In this document: piece after piece, positions 53,172-64,000 of the stretch
Numbering within the stretch: position 1 is the stretch's first letter
How the letters are laid out: every line of letters starts with the position of its first letter
Source: Takakia lepidozioides
Lineage: Eukaryota; Plantae; Bryophyta
Length of the DNA stretch: 64,000 nucleotides
Direction of reading: 5' to 3'
Assembly (NCBI GenBank): GCA_030704615.1
Contig: CM060732.1
Span: 25,792,001 to 25,856,000, forward strand
Notes under the pieces: generated by a model
Told to the model about the DNA's origin: nothing
Databases searched by the model: none
Seen by the model: the letters and a program-made list of their open reading frames with translations, nothing else
Position numbers and translations under genes: made by a program

Positions 53172-53520
53172 CTACCTTGGTGGACATGTAATTCAAAAGC
53201 GGGTGCAGCAAGGTGGTTTAACTAGATGTAGTGGCTGAACAAGATATGGTGTTGTGGAACGTGATGAATGCAGGATATGCACATGAGGGGTGCGGGATGA
53301 AGGCTTTGGCATAGAGACCTATGAGCAAAAGATGCGGGAAGGGTTGAAGTTGGACCGGATTATGTTCGTTTGTGTTTATAATGCATGAACAACCATGCAA
53401 GCAGCCCTCAAAAAAAGCAAAGAGTTCCATGGTGATGTTGTCAAAGCTAGGGTAATATCAGGTGTCATTCTGAACAGTACCCACGTCAACATGTATGTCA
53501 AATGTGGGAGCAACGAGATC
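53172..53520 (+). pseudogene. PLS-class PPR gene fragment
   Basis: TLVDM*.K.G, DMVLWNVMNAGYAHEG...KAL, GLKLDRIMFVCV.NA, HGDVVK, STHVNMYVKCGS. Confidence 0.75.
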
Positions 53521-54285
53521 TGTTATTATTATTATTGTTTTTTTTTTTCCTTTTGTTTGCATCTCTCTCCCCCTACTTAGGCCAAGGAAGACGGGGGAGG
53601 GAGAGAGGAGCAGCAGTAGGAGTTGCTGCACACAAATCACCCCCGTTTTTTTTTGTTTAATTTCTTCTTGTTTTGGTTTAAGTGGCAACAGCAGCGGTAA
53701 CATCACAATTGATAGAACAAGGCACTGCTAATGAAGGCACCTTCCTCAACACATTTCAGCCTGTTTTTAACAATTCTATCAATGGAAAATAAATTTTATA
53801 TTAATTTTTACTTGTCACACAAGTTATTTTGATTTAAAAAAAAATCTGATCTATAAATTGTCCATAATTTTGTATTATGGACCTCTCTTGTGTTCAACCC
53901 TTGTACTGCAGAGGTGTTTGTAATTACTTGTTTTGGAATGATCATCTGTGTTTTTGGGGTGTGTGGTTCAGGTACATGTATCATGTCCTCATTCGGGGAA
54001 GTATCTGAGCGATGATCCTGACTTCATCTACACATGGGCGGACCCCTCAAATGAGAAGACAATGTATACGGCTGGGACTAGAGCAGGGCGCACTTCAGAG
54101 ACTGCGGGTGATATCTTGATCTTCCCAAACAAGACACACCATTCGACGAGGTGGTGTTGAGGAACCTGAACGACAACGCCGCGGCACTTGCCCCGCGCAC
54201 TGACAAAGACATTCAGGAGAGAATCATTCAAGCTCTGAACACAAAAGAGTACGAGAAAACGTCCACTCCACACCTAGGAAAACAA

Positions 54286-54565
54286 ACGTTCACCTGGAAA
54301 CGAACCCTGCATCTGACCTACAACTCCATGAAAATAAACCCTCGCATGGAAATTCCACAGCCGCAATCAACCTTGCGTTGACGCAAGGTTGATTGACGGC
54401 ACCACAAATGTGAAGTCTAATCTGTGCAAATACATACACAGCCGAACTGTAAACAACCTTGCGTTGACGCAAGGTACATTTGAGCCTATAAACGAATCTA
54501 CCGAAAGCTGAAAAAAAAACCCTTGGAACGATCAGTTCTCAGCGAGAATCAACCTTGCGTGATTA
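54286..54565. repeat. Repeat with ATCAACCTTGCG-TTGA-CGCAAGGTTGAT hairpins; direct homolog at 57563-57820
   Basis: CGTTCACCTGGAAACGAAC...CCCTCGCATGGAAATTCCACA.CCGCAATCAACCTTGCGTTGACGCAAGGTTGATTG is shared by both copies. Confidence 0.85.
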
Positions 54566-54922
54566 GCGCTTACAAACATACCTAGCAAAGCAAACGTTCA
54601 CCCCTTGGCCCATCCACCACGGCCCCATTGGACCGTGATGAGTCCCAAGACTCCCCACGACTCCCACCACAAGGTCTCCGCCCCATGGTGAGTCCTATGC
54701 CACCCCACTAAGTCCCACTAAGCTACCACCACCCCTCGTGGAACCACCCCACTGCAACCCGGTGTGCGGGGCTCCACCTAGTGAGCGCCTCCGCCTCTTT
54801 GAGTGCCTTGGGCACTCAAAGGTGCTTCAGGCCCCATACATATTGTTGCCACTGCCCCCACCACAGGGGCAGCCCCTCTTGTGTCCCGACCCCCCCTGCC
54901 CTCAAGGCAAAGGGCCGCGACA

Positions 54923-57170
54923 AGTAATCTGCAGGCATTCACCTTTTTGCCTCGTTTGTCCCACCATTGGCTGGGGTCAGAAAAGTATTCATCCCACAAC
55001 TTCTCCTCATCTTTGTTTACCTATTTTTGGATACTTTCCTGTGTCACATTGGCAGTATCATGTCAAAGTCACTCCAAACTACCAAAGGTTCACTCAATCA
55101 GCTAATTTGCAGAATTCAACATGGAAATGTAGGGCAGATTATGATAAGAGGGGAAAACAGGGTGAAATGTGTTGAAGAAGGTGCCTTCTCCTCATCCTTG
55201 TTATCTGTTTTTGGATACTTTCCTGCTGCCACATCCGCAGTAACTTGTCAAAGTCACTCCTAACCACCACAGATCCACCCAACGAGCTAACTTACAGAGT
55301 TCAATATGCATCTTAGGGCCGAGTCTGATGTGAGGGTAAAACAGACAGAAATAGGTTGAAGAAGAAGGTGCCCTCACCACATCATCCTTGACCTTGTGTC
55401 ATGACCCATGGAGGATTTGACCGAACATCAACCCTAAAGGACCTTGTGTGTGTGCAGCTTGTGCCTGAAGCCTTCAGAATGACATCTGGTAATCTGCAGG
55501 CATTCACCTTTTTGCCTCGTTTGTCCTACCATTGGCTGGGGTCAGAAAAGTATTCATCCCACAACTTCTCCTCATCTTTGTTTACCTATTTTTGGATACT
55601 TTCCTGTGTCACATTGGCAGTATCATGTCAAAGTCACTCCAAACTACCAAAGGTTCACTCAATCAGCTAACTTGCAGAATTCAACATGGAAATGTAGGGC
55701 AAATTCTGATAAGAGGGGAAAACAGGGTGAAATGTGTTGAAGAAGGTGCCTTCTCCTCATCCTTGTTATCTGTTTTTGGATACTTTCCTGCTGCTATATC
55801 GGCAGTAGCTTGTCAAAGTCACTCCTAACCACAACCGATCCACCCAACGAGCTAAAGTACAGAATTCAATATGCATCTCAGGGCCGAGTCTGATGAGAGG
55901 GCAAAACAGACAGAAATAGGTTGAAGAAGAAGGTGCCCTCACCACATTGTCCTTGATCTTGTGTCATGACCCATGGAGGATTTGACCGAACATCAACCCT
56001 AAAGGACCTTGTGTGTGTGCAGCTTGTGCTTGAAGCCTTCAGAATGACATCTGGTAATCTGCAGGCATTCACCTTTTTGCCTCGTTTGTCCCACCATTGG
56101 TTGGGGTCAGAAAAATATTCACCCCACAGCTTCTCCTCATCTTTGTTTACCTATTTTTGGATACTTTCATGTGTCACAATGGCAGTATCATGTCAAAGTC
56201 ACTTCAAACTACCAAAGGTTCACTCAATCAGCTAACTTGCAGAATTCAACATGGAAATGTAGGGCAAATTCTGATAAGAGGGGAAAACAGGGTGAAATGT
56301 GTTGAAGAAGGTGCCTTCTCCTCATCCTTGTTATCTGTTTTTGGATACTTTCCTGCTGCTATATCGGCAGTAGCTTGTCAAAGTCACTCCTAACCACCAC
56401 CGATCCACCCAACGAGCTAAAGTACAGAATTCAATATGCATCTCAGGGCCGAGTCTGATGAGAGGGCAAAACAGACAGAAATAGGTTGAAGAAGAAGGTG
56501 CCCTCACCACATTGTCCTTGATCTTGTGTCATGACCCATGGAGGATTTGACCGAACATCAACCCTAAAGGACCTTGTGTGTGTGCAGCTTGTGCTTGAAG
56601 CCTTCAGAATGACATCTGGTAATCTGCAGGCATTCACCTTTTTGCCTCGTTTGTCCCACCATTGGTTGGGGTCAGAAAATATTCACCCCACAGCTTCTCC
56701 TCATCTTTGTTTACCTATTTTTGGATACTTTCATGTGTCACAATGGCAGTATCATGTCAAAGTCACTTCAAACTACCAAAGGTTCACTCAATCAGCTAAC
56801 TTGCAGAATTCAACATGGAAATGTAGGGCAAATTCTGATAAGAGGGGAAAACAGGGTGAAATGTATTGAAGAAGGTGCTTCTCCTACCCTATGTTATCTG
56901 TTTTTGGATACTTTCCTGCTACTATATTGGAAGTAGCTTGTCAAAGTCACTCCTAACCACCACCGATCCACCCAACGAGCTAAAGTACAGAATTCAATAT
57001 GCATCTCAGGGCCGAGTCTGATGAGAGGGCAAAACAGGCTGAAATAGGTGAAAGAAGAAGTTGCCCTCACCACATTGTCCTTGATCTTGTGTCATGACCC
57101 ATGGAGGATTTGATCGATCATCAATCCAAAAGGACCTCTTGTGTGTGCTGCTTGTGTCCGTAGTCAGGTA
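54923..57170 (-). repeat. Four tandem 565-bp units, each encoding a decayed OSB/PDF motif
   Basis: AATCTGCAGGCATTCACC at 54926, 55491, 56056 and 56621. Minus strand reads KLWDEYFSDPSQWWDKRGKKVN..PD....SNPPWV. Confidence 0.9.
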
Positions 57171-57889
57171 CTCTCGGATCACTCTATGAGAACCACCATG
57201 CCTCCACCACGGTGCAGCTGAGCAGACGCCGATTGACACACGGTCTACTAAGACCAACCTACTCTCCCAAGAAAGAAGCGCACAACAAAGTGGGCAGCAA
57301 AGTGGGCATAGGGCTTAGCGAGGCGGAAAAAAGAAACGACCCAAAAAAACGACGCAAAAGATGTTTGAACACGCGAAGTCGCGGCACGTAGTTAGAGACG
57401 CTATATACACACATCTAAATCCCCAAATATATATATATATATATATATTAGGAATTTTTCAGATCCTTTCTATATACATAGTCTGTATGTGGGGGTATTT
57501 AATTAACCCCATTCTGTTCACGCCCGTGATAGGTACATTAACCCTTGGTGCACCCCCCAGGCGTTCACCTGGAAACGAACGCTGCAACTACAACCTACAA
57601 TAACCCTACATCTACACCTTTCATGAAAATAGACCCTCGCATGGAAATTCCACAACCGCAATCAACCTTGCGTTGACGCAAGGTTGATTGGCGGCACACA
57701 AATGTGAAGTCACACTACCTTCACAAGAAACGAAGTACAAATTCATTCAAGTTCACATGAAATAAAATCATGAAATCCTCACCAGGGCAACCGCAACCTT
57801 GAGTTGACGCAAGGTTGATAAGAGCAAACAGAAAGTGAAATCAAAACTACCTCATGTCATACCAAGTTCCTATTCAATCAAACACTGGA

Positions 57890-59524
57890 GTGCCATTTGA
57901 GTGCGCCCGGCCGTGCCACCACTCTCCCCATCACGCTCGCTGGACGCAAGCACGGTAGCGGCCTCACTCCCCACGCTTACGCTTTCGCTTGAACGCAAGG
58001 CAAAACGTAAAAGAGTAGGATCTCCTTTAGTCTCCTCTCCGCCACTGAGGCCTCGTCTTGTACTGAGGGAAGCGCCCCCCCCCCCCCCCACTTGGCAATC
58101 TCGTCCTCTCAGACGCACTCGGGAGGTCTTCTTTTCAGGCCTGCCTCTAACGGGAGGCTATCCTTCATGGGCAATGGGGAACTGCTTCATGATCTGGCCT
58201 ACAGAATCAGAGTCTTTGATACTCTTGGTACTCTAATAGGCTCGACAGAACCAAGGCCGCCACAGGGAGGAGAATATTGTTGGGCTCAGAAATCCTCCTT
58301 CGCATGGTTCTTGAATTTCCCGCTCAGTAGATTGCAATTCGACCCGGGAAAATGGTCATGGAAAGATGACAAAAAAAACACCCCTTCTAGGCTATACAGT
58401 GAAAACTGGCTACAGGCTGCTTCTCAGTGAGGTAAACTTTACAGAGAACTGGAATCGAAAATGGAACTTTAACCTGCAGCTTCCTGCCTGGAACTCGGTG
58501 TGGAAGGACATATGGGCCAAGCGACGTTCGGCTAAAATCAGTGCCTTCTTGTGGAAACTGACAAACAGGATTCTGCCCATGAACGTTTCGTTCCCTGATC
58601 GTGATCCATCGTGCTTGGTTTGCAACTGCCACCTGAACGAGTCACTTGAGCACGCACTCACTGAGTGTTACCTATAAGCTAGGATCTGGCAGCTGGTCAC
58701 AACCTTCTATGCGCGCTGAAAATCTGTGCCACGAACAGCTGCGCCCCTGCTACTGCTAAACATGCACAATGGATCCATCTGGAGTAATTGTCCAATTTGG
58801 GCATGCCTCCGAGCTCATACCCTCTGGTCCATTTGGAAGGCTAGGTGTTGTCTGGTTTTTGAAGGGAAGCGCCCCAGCATCAGATTAGTTCTCTATAAGT
58901 TATTTACTGATCTGATGACTGAGCGTAAGGCTTGGGTGTCTTTGCAAGCAGCTTCAGCCAGATGCAGCGACAGGAGGAGTCGTCAACTATTCGCAAACTT
59001 CGACCTCACCTGGGCAAAAGACGGCCTCCTTTGCACCAAGGTCTCAGACTCGCGAATCACTTGGCATGATGCCATCCCCCGGGAATGGCAAGTCTCCTAC
59101 TGAGTCAGAGGGACTTGACATCAACTGGAAGCACCTCAGTCTCCGCGCTGCGAAATCTAAGCCCCAGCTGAACTTCGGTCTCTAATTTATGTCCCTGGGT
59201 TTGGACACTTTGCCAATTAGTGCCACTTCATCAGATTTGCAGCATTTGCGCCAGTTTACCAGCTATGTAGCGATTTCATCAGGCTGCCAATGTTGCTAGT
59301 GCCCGGCCTTATGGAGCTCTCTCTCCTACCCCACTCTCTAGACTGATACTTAGATAATTCGCGCTTTCCACCCTCTTCCCTCTTAGTGCTAGGAGTTCCC
59401 CATGTGATACACCTTTACGGTCTTCTAGGAGGTTATTTTTTCCTCCTCTTTGTTCTGTTTTCTTTTGCCATTCAATAAAGTTCTCAAGGCCTCAGTTCCG
59501 TGTTGACAAAAAAAATAAAAAAAA
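57890..59524 (+). mobile_element. 5'-truncated LINE (L1-like) 3' end with zf-RVT domain and A-rich tail
   Basis: YTVKTGY...WKDIW..KISAFLWKL..RILP..CLVC...ESLEHALTEC...LWSIWKARC.LVFEG; AATAAA at ~59474; A-rich tail 59508-59524. The 5' boundary is approximate. Confidence 0.85.
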
Positions 59525-59618
59525 TCCAATGATACCACGAGGTTAGTTAATTGTTGGAAGTTACAATTTGCTTGTAGCCTCGTAGAGTTGACCAATATAA
59601 CCGTAAGTACGTAATAAC

Positions 59619-59860
59619 CAGTGGGTAAATCATCTGCCTGGATTTATCCGGCGGATAAATCAGGGTAAGGGTAAATGATTTACCCGGGTTGGCCCATTTC
59701 ATTTACCCTTATCCTTACCCTTCAGATGGGTAAATAATCTGAGATACCCTTACCCTTACCCGTTTGAAGGGTAAATAATTTCCATATACCCTTTACCCGC
59801 GGGTAACTATATATTTTTGGAGGATAAATAGAAAAAGGATAAATAAAAAACTAAAGCCTT
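59619..59860 (+). mobile_element. hAT-type left end (CAGTG...) preceded by GTAATAAC
   Basis: GGGTAA/TTACCC subterminal repeats; flanking 8-mer identical to 20972-20979. Confidence 0.6.
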
Positions 59861-60683
59861 TCTTGGCAGCTGGAGGGCCGTATGGTGTGATCAACATTTG
59901 GAATCGGAAAAGCGGAACTTATGCAGGTAGTTATTCAGCCGTATGCTCTTTTCACTTCTTGGCCAGTGGACCTGTCTTGCTTAGTGCTGCCAGTGACAAT
60001 TCAGTTGAGTCCAAGTTCAATGGCAGTTACTCAAGGGTTCTAGTTTGAAGTATGCCCACCCTCCACTCACCCTCCTTGATTATGTCACTTTGTTAGTCCT
60101 AGGCTTGAAGTTATATATTACAGTGCATGGTCATATTTTTATTTGTTTCATTATTATTTTTACTAAGATCTCGGAGGCACTACTTTCTCTTTCATTATTA
60201 TCTTGTTTCATTATTATATATTACCTGGATCTGGGTGGCACTAGTTTCGTGGACAAGGCATTCATACATTTTATTTGGCTTTGTTTGATTATTATTATTT
60301 TTTAAAAAAGAAAACACCTGGAGCGACAGCTCATAAATCAGGCCCCTTGATAGTGAGAGGAGAAAATAACCTCTTTCACAGTAACCATGCCATGGAGCTG
60401 AAAAATGGGACATCGCCCAGGGAAGGGGGAGAAGAGTATATCACATCTGTCAACAACGACGCTACCGCGTGAGCTTGGCATGTGAGCGTACGCTCACACA
60501 ATGGTGATGTGGCGTGAGCCTACCCTCACAACACTGATGTGGCGCTGGTGCTGACGTGGCGTGAGCCCACCCAAGGTCGTGCCACGTCACCACAAAGAAG
60601 GTGGGCCTATAACCGTGGAGCCTATAACCGTGGGATTTCACCATCTGAAGCTGAGATGGGTTAAGGGTTTAGGGCGTCCGCAG

Positions 60684-61197
60684 AGATCAACCTTGTGTTA
60701 ACATGAGGTTGATTTCCTAGAACTGAAATCAACCTTGTGTCAATACGAGGTTGATTTCCTAGAACTGAAATCAACCTTGTGTCAACACCAGGTTGATTTG
60801 GAAAACTTAAAATCAACCTCGTGTCAACACAAGGTTGATTTGGAGAACTTGAAATCAACCTTGTGTTAACACGAGGTTGATTTCACAGAATTGAAATCAA
60901 CCTTGTGTCAACACCAGGTTGATTTCCTAGAACTCAAATCAACCTTGTGTCAACACCAGGTTGATGTGGAGAATTTGAAATCAACCTTGTGTCAACACCA
61001 TGTTGATTTGGAGAACTTGAAATCAACCTTGTGTTAACATGAGGTTGATTTCGCAGAACTGAAATATTCAACCTTGTGTTAACACGAGGTTGATTTCCTA
61101 GAATTGAAATCAACCTTGTGTCAACCTTCTTGAGATTGATTCTCTAATGTTTCATTATGTATGTGTGTTTCAAGGTTGTGTCAACGCAAGGTTGATT
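60684..61197. repeat. About 11 tandem 42-bp palindromic units AAATCAACCTTGTG-TCAA-CACGAGGTTGATTT
   Basis: ATCAACC recurs at 60686, 60728, 60770 and onward. Confidence 0.93.
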
Positions 61198-61250
61198 GCT
61201 GGTTGCCCTAGACTGGATTTCATTTCATATCAGGGGGAACTCCAATATGC

Positions 61251-61363
61251 ACCAATGGTCTTGAAGCCATTTGGTTTATTAGAGGGAAGAAAATAAACTT
61301 GTTTGATGCTAGCAAGTTTATTTTCTGCCCTCTAATAAACCAAATGGTTTCAAGACCATTGGT
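61251..61363. repeat. Near-perfect 113-bp hairpin (MITE-like or pre-miRNA-like)
   Basis: ACCAATGGTCTTGAAGCCATTTGGTTTATTAGAGGG...CCCTCTAATAAACCAAATGGTTTCAAGACCATTGGT; ~51-bp arms. Confidence 0.9.
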
Positions 61364-61384
61364 TAATTAAAGAAAAGAAAAAAA

Positions 61385-64000
61385 ACTAACTCGGTGTTGG
61401 TTAGTTTGTCAGACTTCATAATCTTCTCCCCTGTGCAGAACACACTAGTCAGTCTTAGTGATGTGCATTGGAGGGAGGAAAGAAGTGGGCGAATTTCGAG
61501 TTTGTGCAGGCAGCATCGGCATCTTAGACACTCCAGACCCTCACATTCTAAGCCTGCTTCTGTGTTTTGTGTAGCCACGTCCTCTTCACCATTCTTTCTG
61601 TGTCATCTTCGTCCTCTCTCCCTCTCTCTCTCTCATTTCATTTCTCTCACACACACAGTGAGAGTTAAAGCCAGAGACAGAATGGCACCCCAGGCCGCAA
61701 CAAGGAAATCGGAGGCGCCGTCGCAAGGTAGAGAGCCAAAACTGAACCGAACAATGGAGTTAGTGGTCTGCACACAGCAATTTGTGAAGCGAGGCCCCCA
61801 TTTGCTCGATGTGAAGACAATCTGCTGGAGATGATCCTGTTTATACCCATAACATGTCTGCTTTCAAAGCAAAAGTGAAGTGTAAAACATGCAACAGGAT
61901 GTAGCTATGGACCACACTTCTGAATCAAAAGCTTGTGAAATCCCACCGGTGCTACTAGAATTGTCTTGGTTTTGGTTTTTGTTTCCATATGTGAACTTAC
62001 AAATTCGGTTTTGGGAGCTCGTTTAGATGTTGAGACGTTCAAGGACGAATGCGAAGTATGGATGGGATTGCATTTGGAAAGGGCTAGAGCTGCATATCAG
62101 AGAGAAGGCCATTTACCATCGGGTTGTTGCGCATGCTGTGGCATTCACTGTGGCCCAGGTCACAAACAACCCCACACCATCTCCCATCAGAAGGGGAGAA
62201 CAGTCTGTTAGATCTGCACAAACTTTCCCAACTTTGTGTTGTTTCAAAATTCTTGGCTATGTACCGAGAGCAGTACCAGTTCCATACTGGGGCTTGTATC
62301 CATTTGAGAAGGGGTGTAGCCCCATGTTGTCAATATGACTGCAAGGCTCATGTGATAAAGCTTCTGCGTCTCTGTCTCTCTCTCTTTGTTTCTACCCACC
62401 ATAAACCCTTCCTGCACTGGCAATAACATGGGCCATATGAATGGCACTGATGGTGCAAATGGTGTGTTATGCCAGCCTGGTGAAGATGGACAATTGGGAC
62501 CACCGCATTAAAGGACAACATTTAGAAGAATGGGATCCACTTGTGAAGTGTCAGCTACCCCCATTGATGCGTGGGCCCGGCAGGTCATCCCCATGGAGAT
62601 GAAACGCCCCCCACCACCTTCCGCATTCTCAGAGCAAGACTTCATGAAGAGTCTTCAGCACCTTCGACAACGCAAGATGTCAGTCGATGTTCTCCATGGC
62701 GCAACAGAGGATCTTGCTCGGCGCCGCAACTCAACTGCTTTGACCCAGCCTCAAGTGCCTCGAAGACATAGTGACCCTGTACACATGGCAAATGAGGCAT
62801 GCACTTTTATAAAGGCGTCGTGAAACTCTTTGGCATGACATAATTTGCTATCGTGGAATGCTTTCAAATCCTCAAAGGGAGAAGAGAGGGAGAATCCTGA
62901 GGCTGTTGAGACAATTCTCAGCTCCTCCATTCAAAGCTTATAACTAGCTTAAAAGGTTCATAACCCTTCTGAATGTCAGATTAACCCACTTTGGTCTTTG
63001 CAGGCAAATCTTCAGCGCCCCCCCCCCCCCCCCCCCACGAGGGAAGACGAGAAAGGGAAAGATGAGAAGGAAGCTCCTGCAGGTGCCACGACTAAGGAAG
63101 CTCCAACTTCAGTGGTCAAAAAGAGCAAACGAAAGAGTGCCTTACCCCCCTCCCATACTATACACACGGCTATCATCACCAGTATGTTGGCCTAAAACCG
63201 TGGAAGGTCCGAGTGGAAGATCCTTGTCTTGAGTAAGCAAGCACCCCACCCAGTGAAGTAATTCAGTTCATGAGTTCCAACATCTAATAATCAAAACTGG
63301 GGATTTTGAAACACAAATGTTGTGGTCACTGCTCCTGAAAGTACACCACTCTGTTCTGCCACGTAGTGCATGACAAAAGTCACGTTTCAGACATCATATG
63401 ACAAGAGTGAACACAGAGACACAATGACTGGCAATGTCGACCTCATTCAATCTAGGCTGAAAGCACCATCCAGTTTATCACCTTCTTCATACCTAATGAA
63501 GTTGAATTGGCTGCCCAGAAAAAATGCTGTGCGGGTGCCAAGGCCAACATGTGTTACATATCTCTAGCCAATTGAACCACCCTGTAGTTGTCCTTAACAA
63601 GTAGGCCAACACACAAGTAGACGGATAGCCTCCAGTCTACTTATGTCCAAATCGCATTTCATTTTTCATGTTCACAGTATGTACCATAAGTGGAAGTTGC
63701 AAGAGAAAACATAAAGGTGTCTCAAGAATAAGCTCACTCTGCAATTTTCGCAGAATGCAACACTCAAATTCTCATGGTTAACAAAATGGGCATGTCAAAC
63801 TCAACGTGCACTATTAAGCACCCAAGGAGTAGGAGTGGGATATTGTGAGCGCTGGAATATTCTTAAAAAAATGCTGTCTTACTAGAATGAAGGTGTATCC
63901 TCATGTTTATCTCTCAAAATCCAATTGCTCAACAGGAATTTGTGCAAGTGGGTAAAATCCATAGTTACACTAGGGCATTTCAGGGAAACCTTCAGATGCA
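61385..64000 (+). repeat. Segmental duplicate of 25431-28708
   Basis: Colinear high identity from ACTAACTCGGTGTTGG to TTCAGATGCA, with indels. Confidence 0.95.
61682..63195 (+). pseudogene. Frameshifted paralog of the 25712-27114 gene
   Basis: Same exons, but with deletions in exons 2-3 and loss of the exon-3 donor. Confidence 0.8.

Noticed and set aside
60658-60675. Interstitial telomere repeat
   Set aside because: Only about one TTTAGGG unit.
60684-61197. CRISPR-like 42-bp palindromic array
   Set aside because: Spacers are ~10 bp and nearly constant; this is a tandem repeat.

Overview
Eukaryotic DNA from a land plant, probably non-seed (inference from gene content). 1-6 kb holds the last 14 coding exons of an intact TOR kinase gene. 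The remaining ~55 kb is dense, nested, mostly decayed mobile DNA. It includes: a Gypsy remnant whose pol carries a DNMT3-like cytosine methyltransferase domain and a C-terminal PHD finger, with the integrase core locally inverted; a CACTA end with a spliced TnpA-like gene; a chromodomain Gypsy; a hAT element holding nested 9-bp-TSD, Harbinger-like and piggyBac-like insertions, all with readable TSDs; an intact 4-exon orphan gene and a DUF707 pseudogene, whose shared flank is duplicated at 61-64 kb; a ~13.5-kb kinase + RING-H2 + hAT-transposase block in which each gene is preceded by a cluster of the same palindrome (TGCGACCACC-N7-GGTGGTCGCA) and a TATA box; two hairpin arrays sharing the tip TGCG-TTGA-CGCA; amplified OSB/PDF-motif exon repeats; and PPR and LINE remnants. 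Best candidates for new biology are the DNMT3+PHD retrotransposon, the palindrome-linked kinase/RING/hAT block, the hairpin arrays and the plant piggyBac-like element. All calls were made by eye without database searches.
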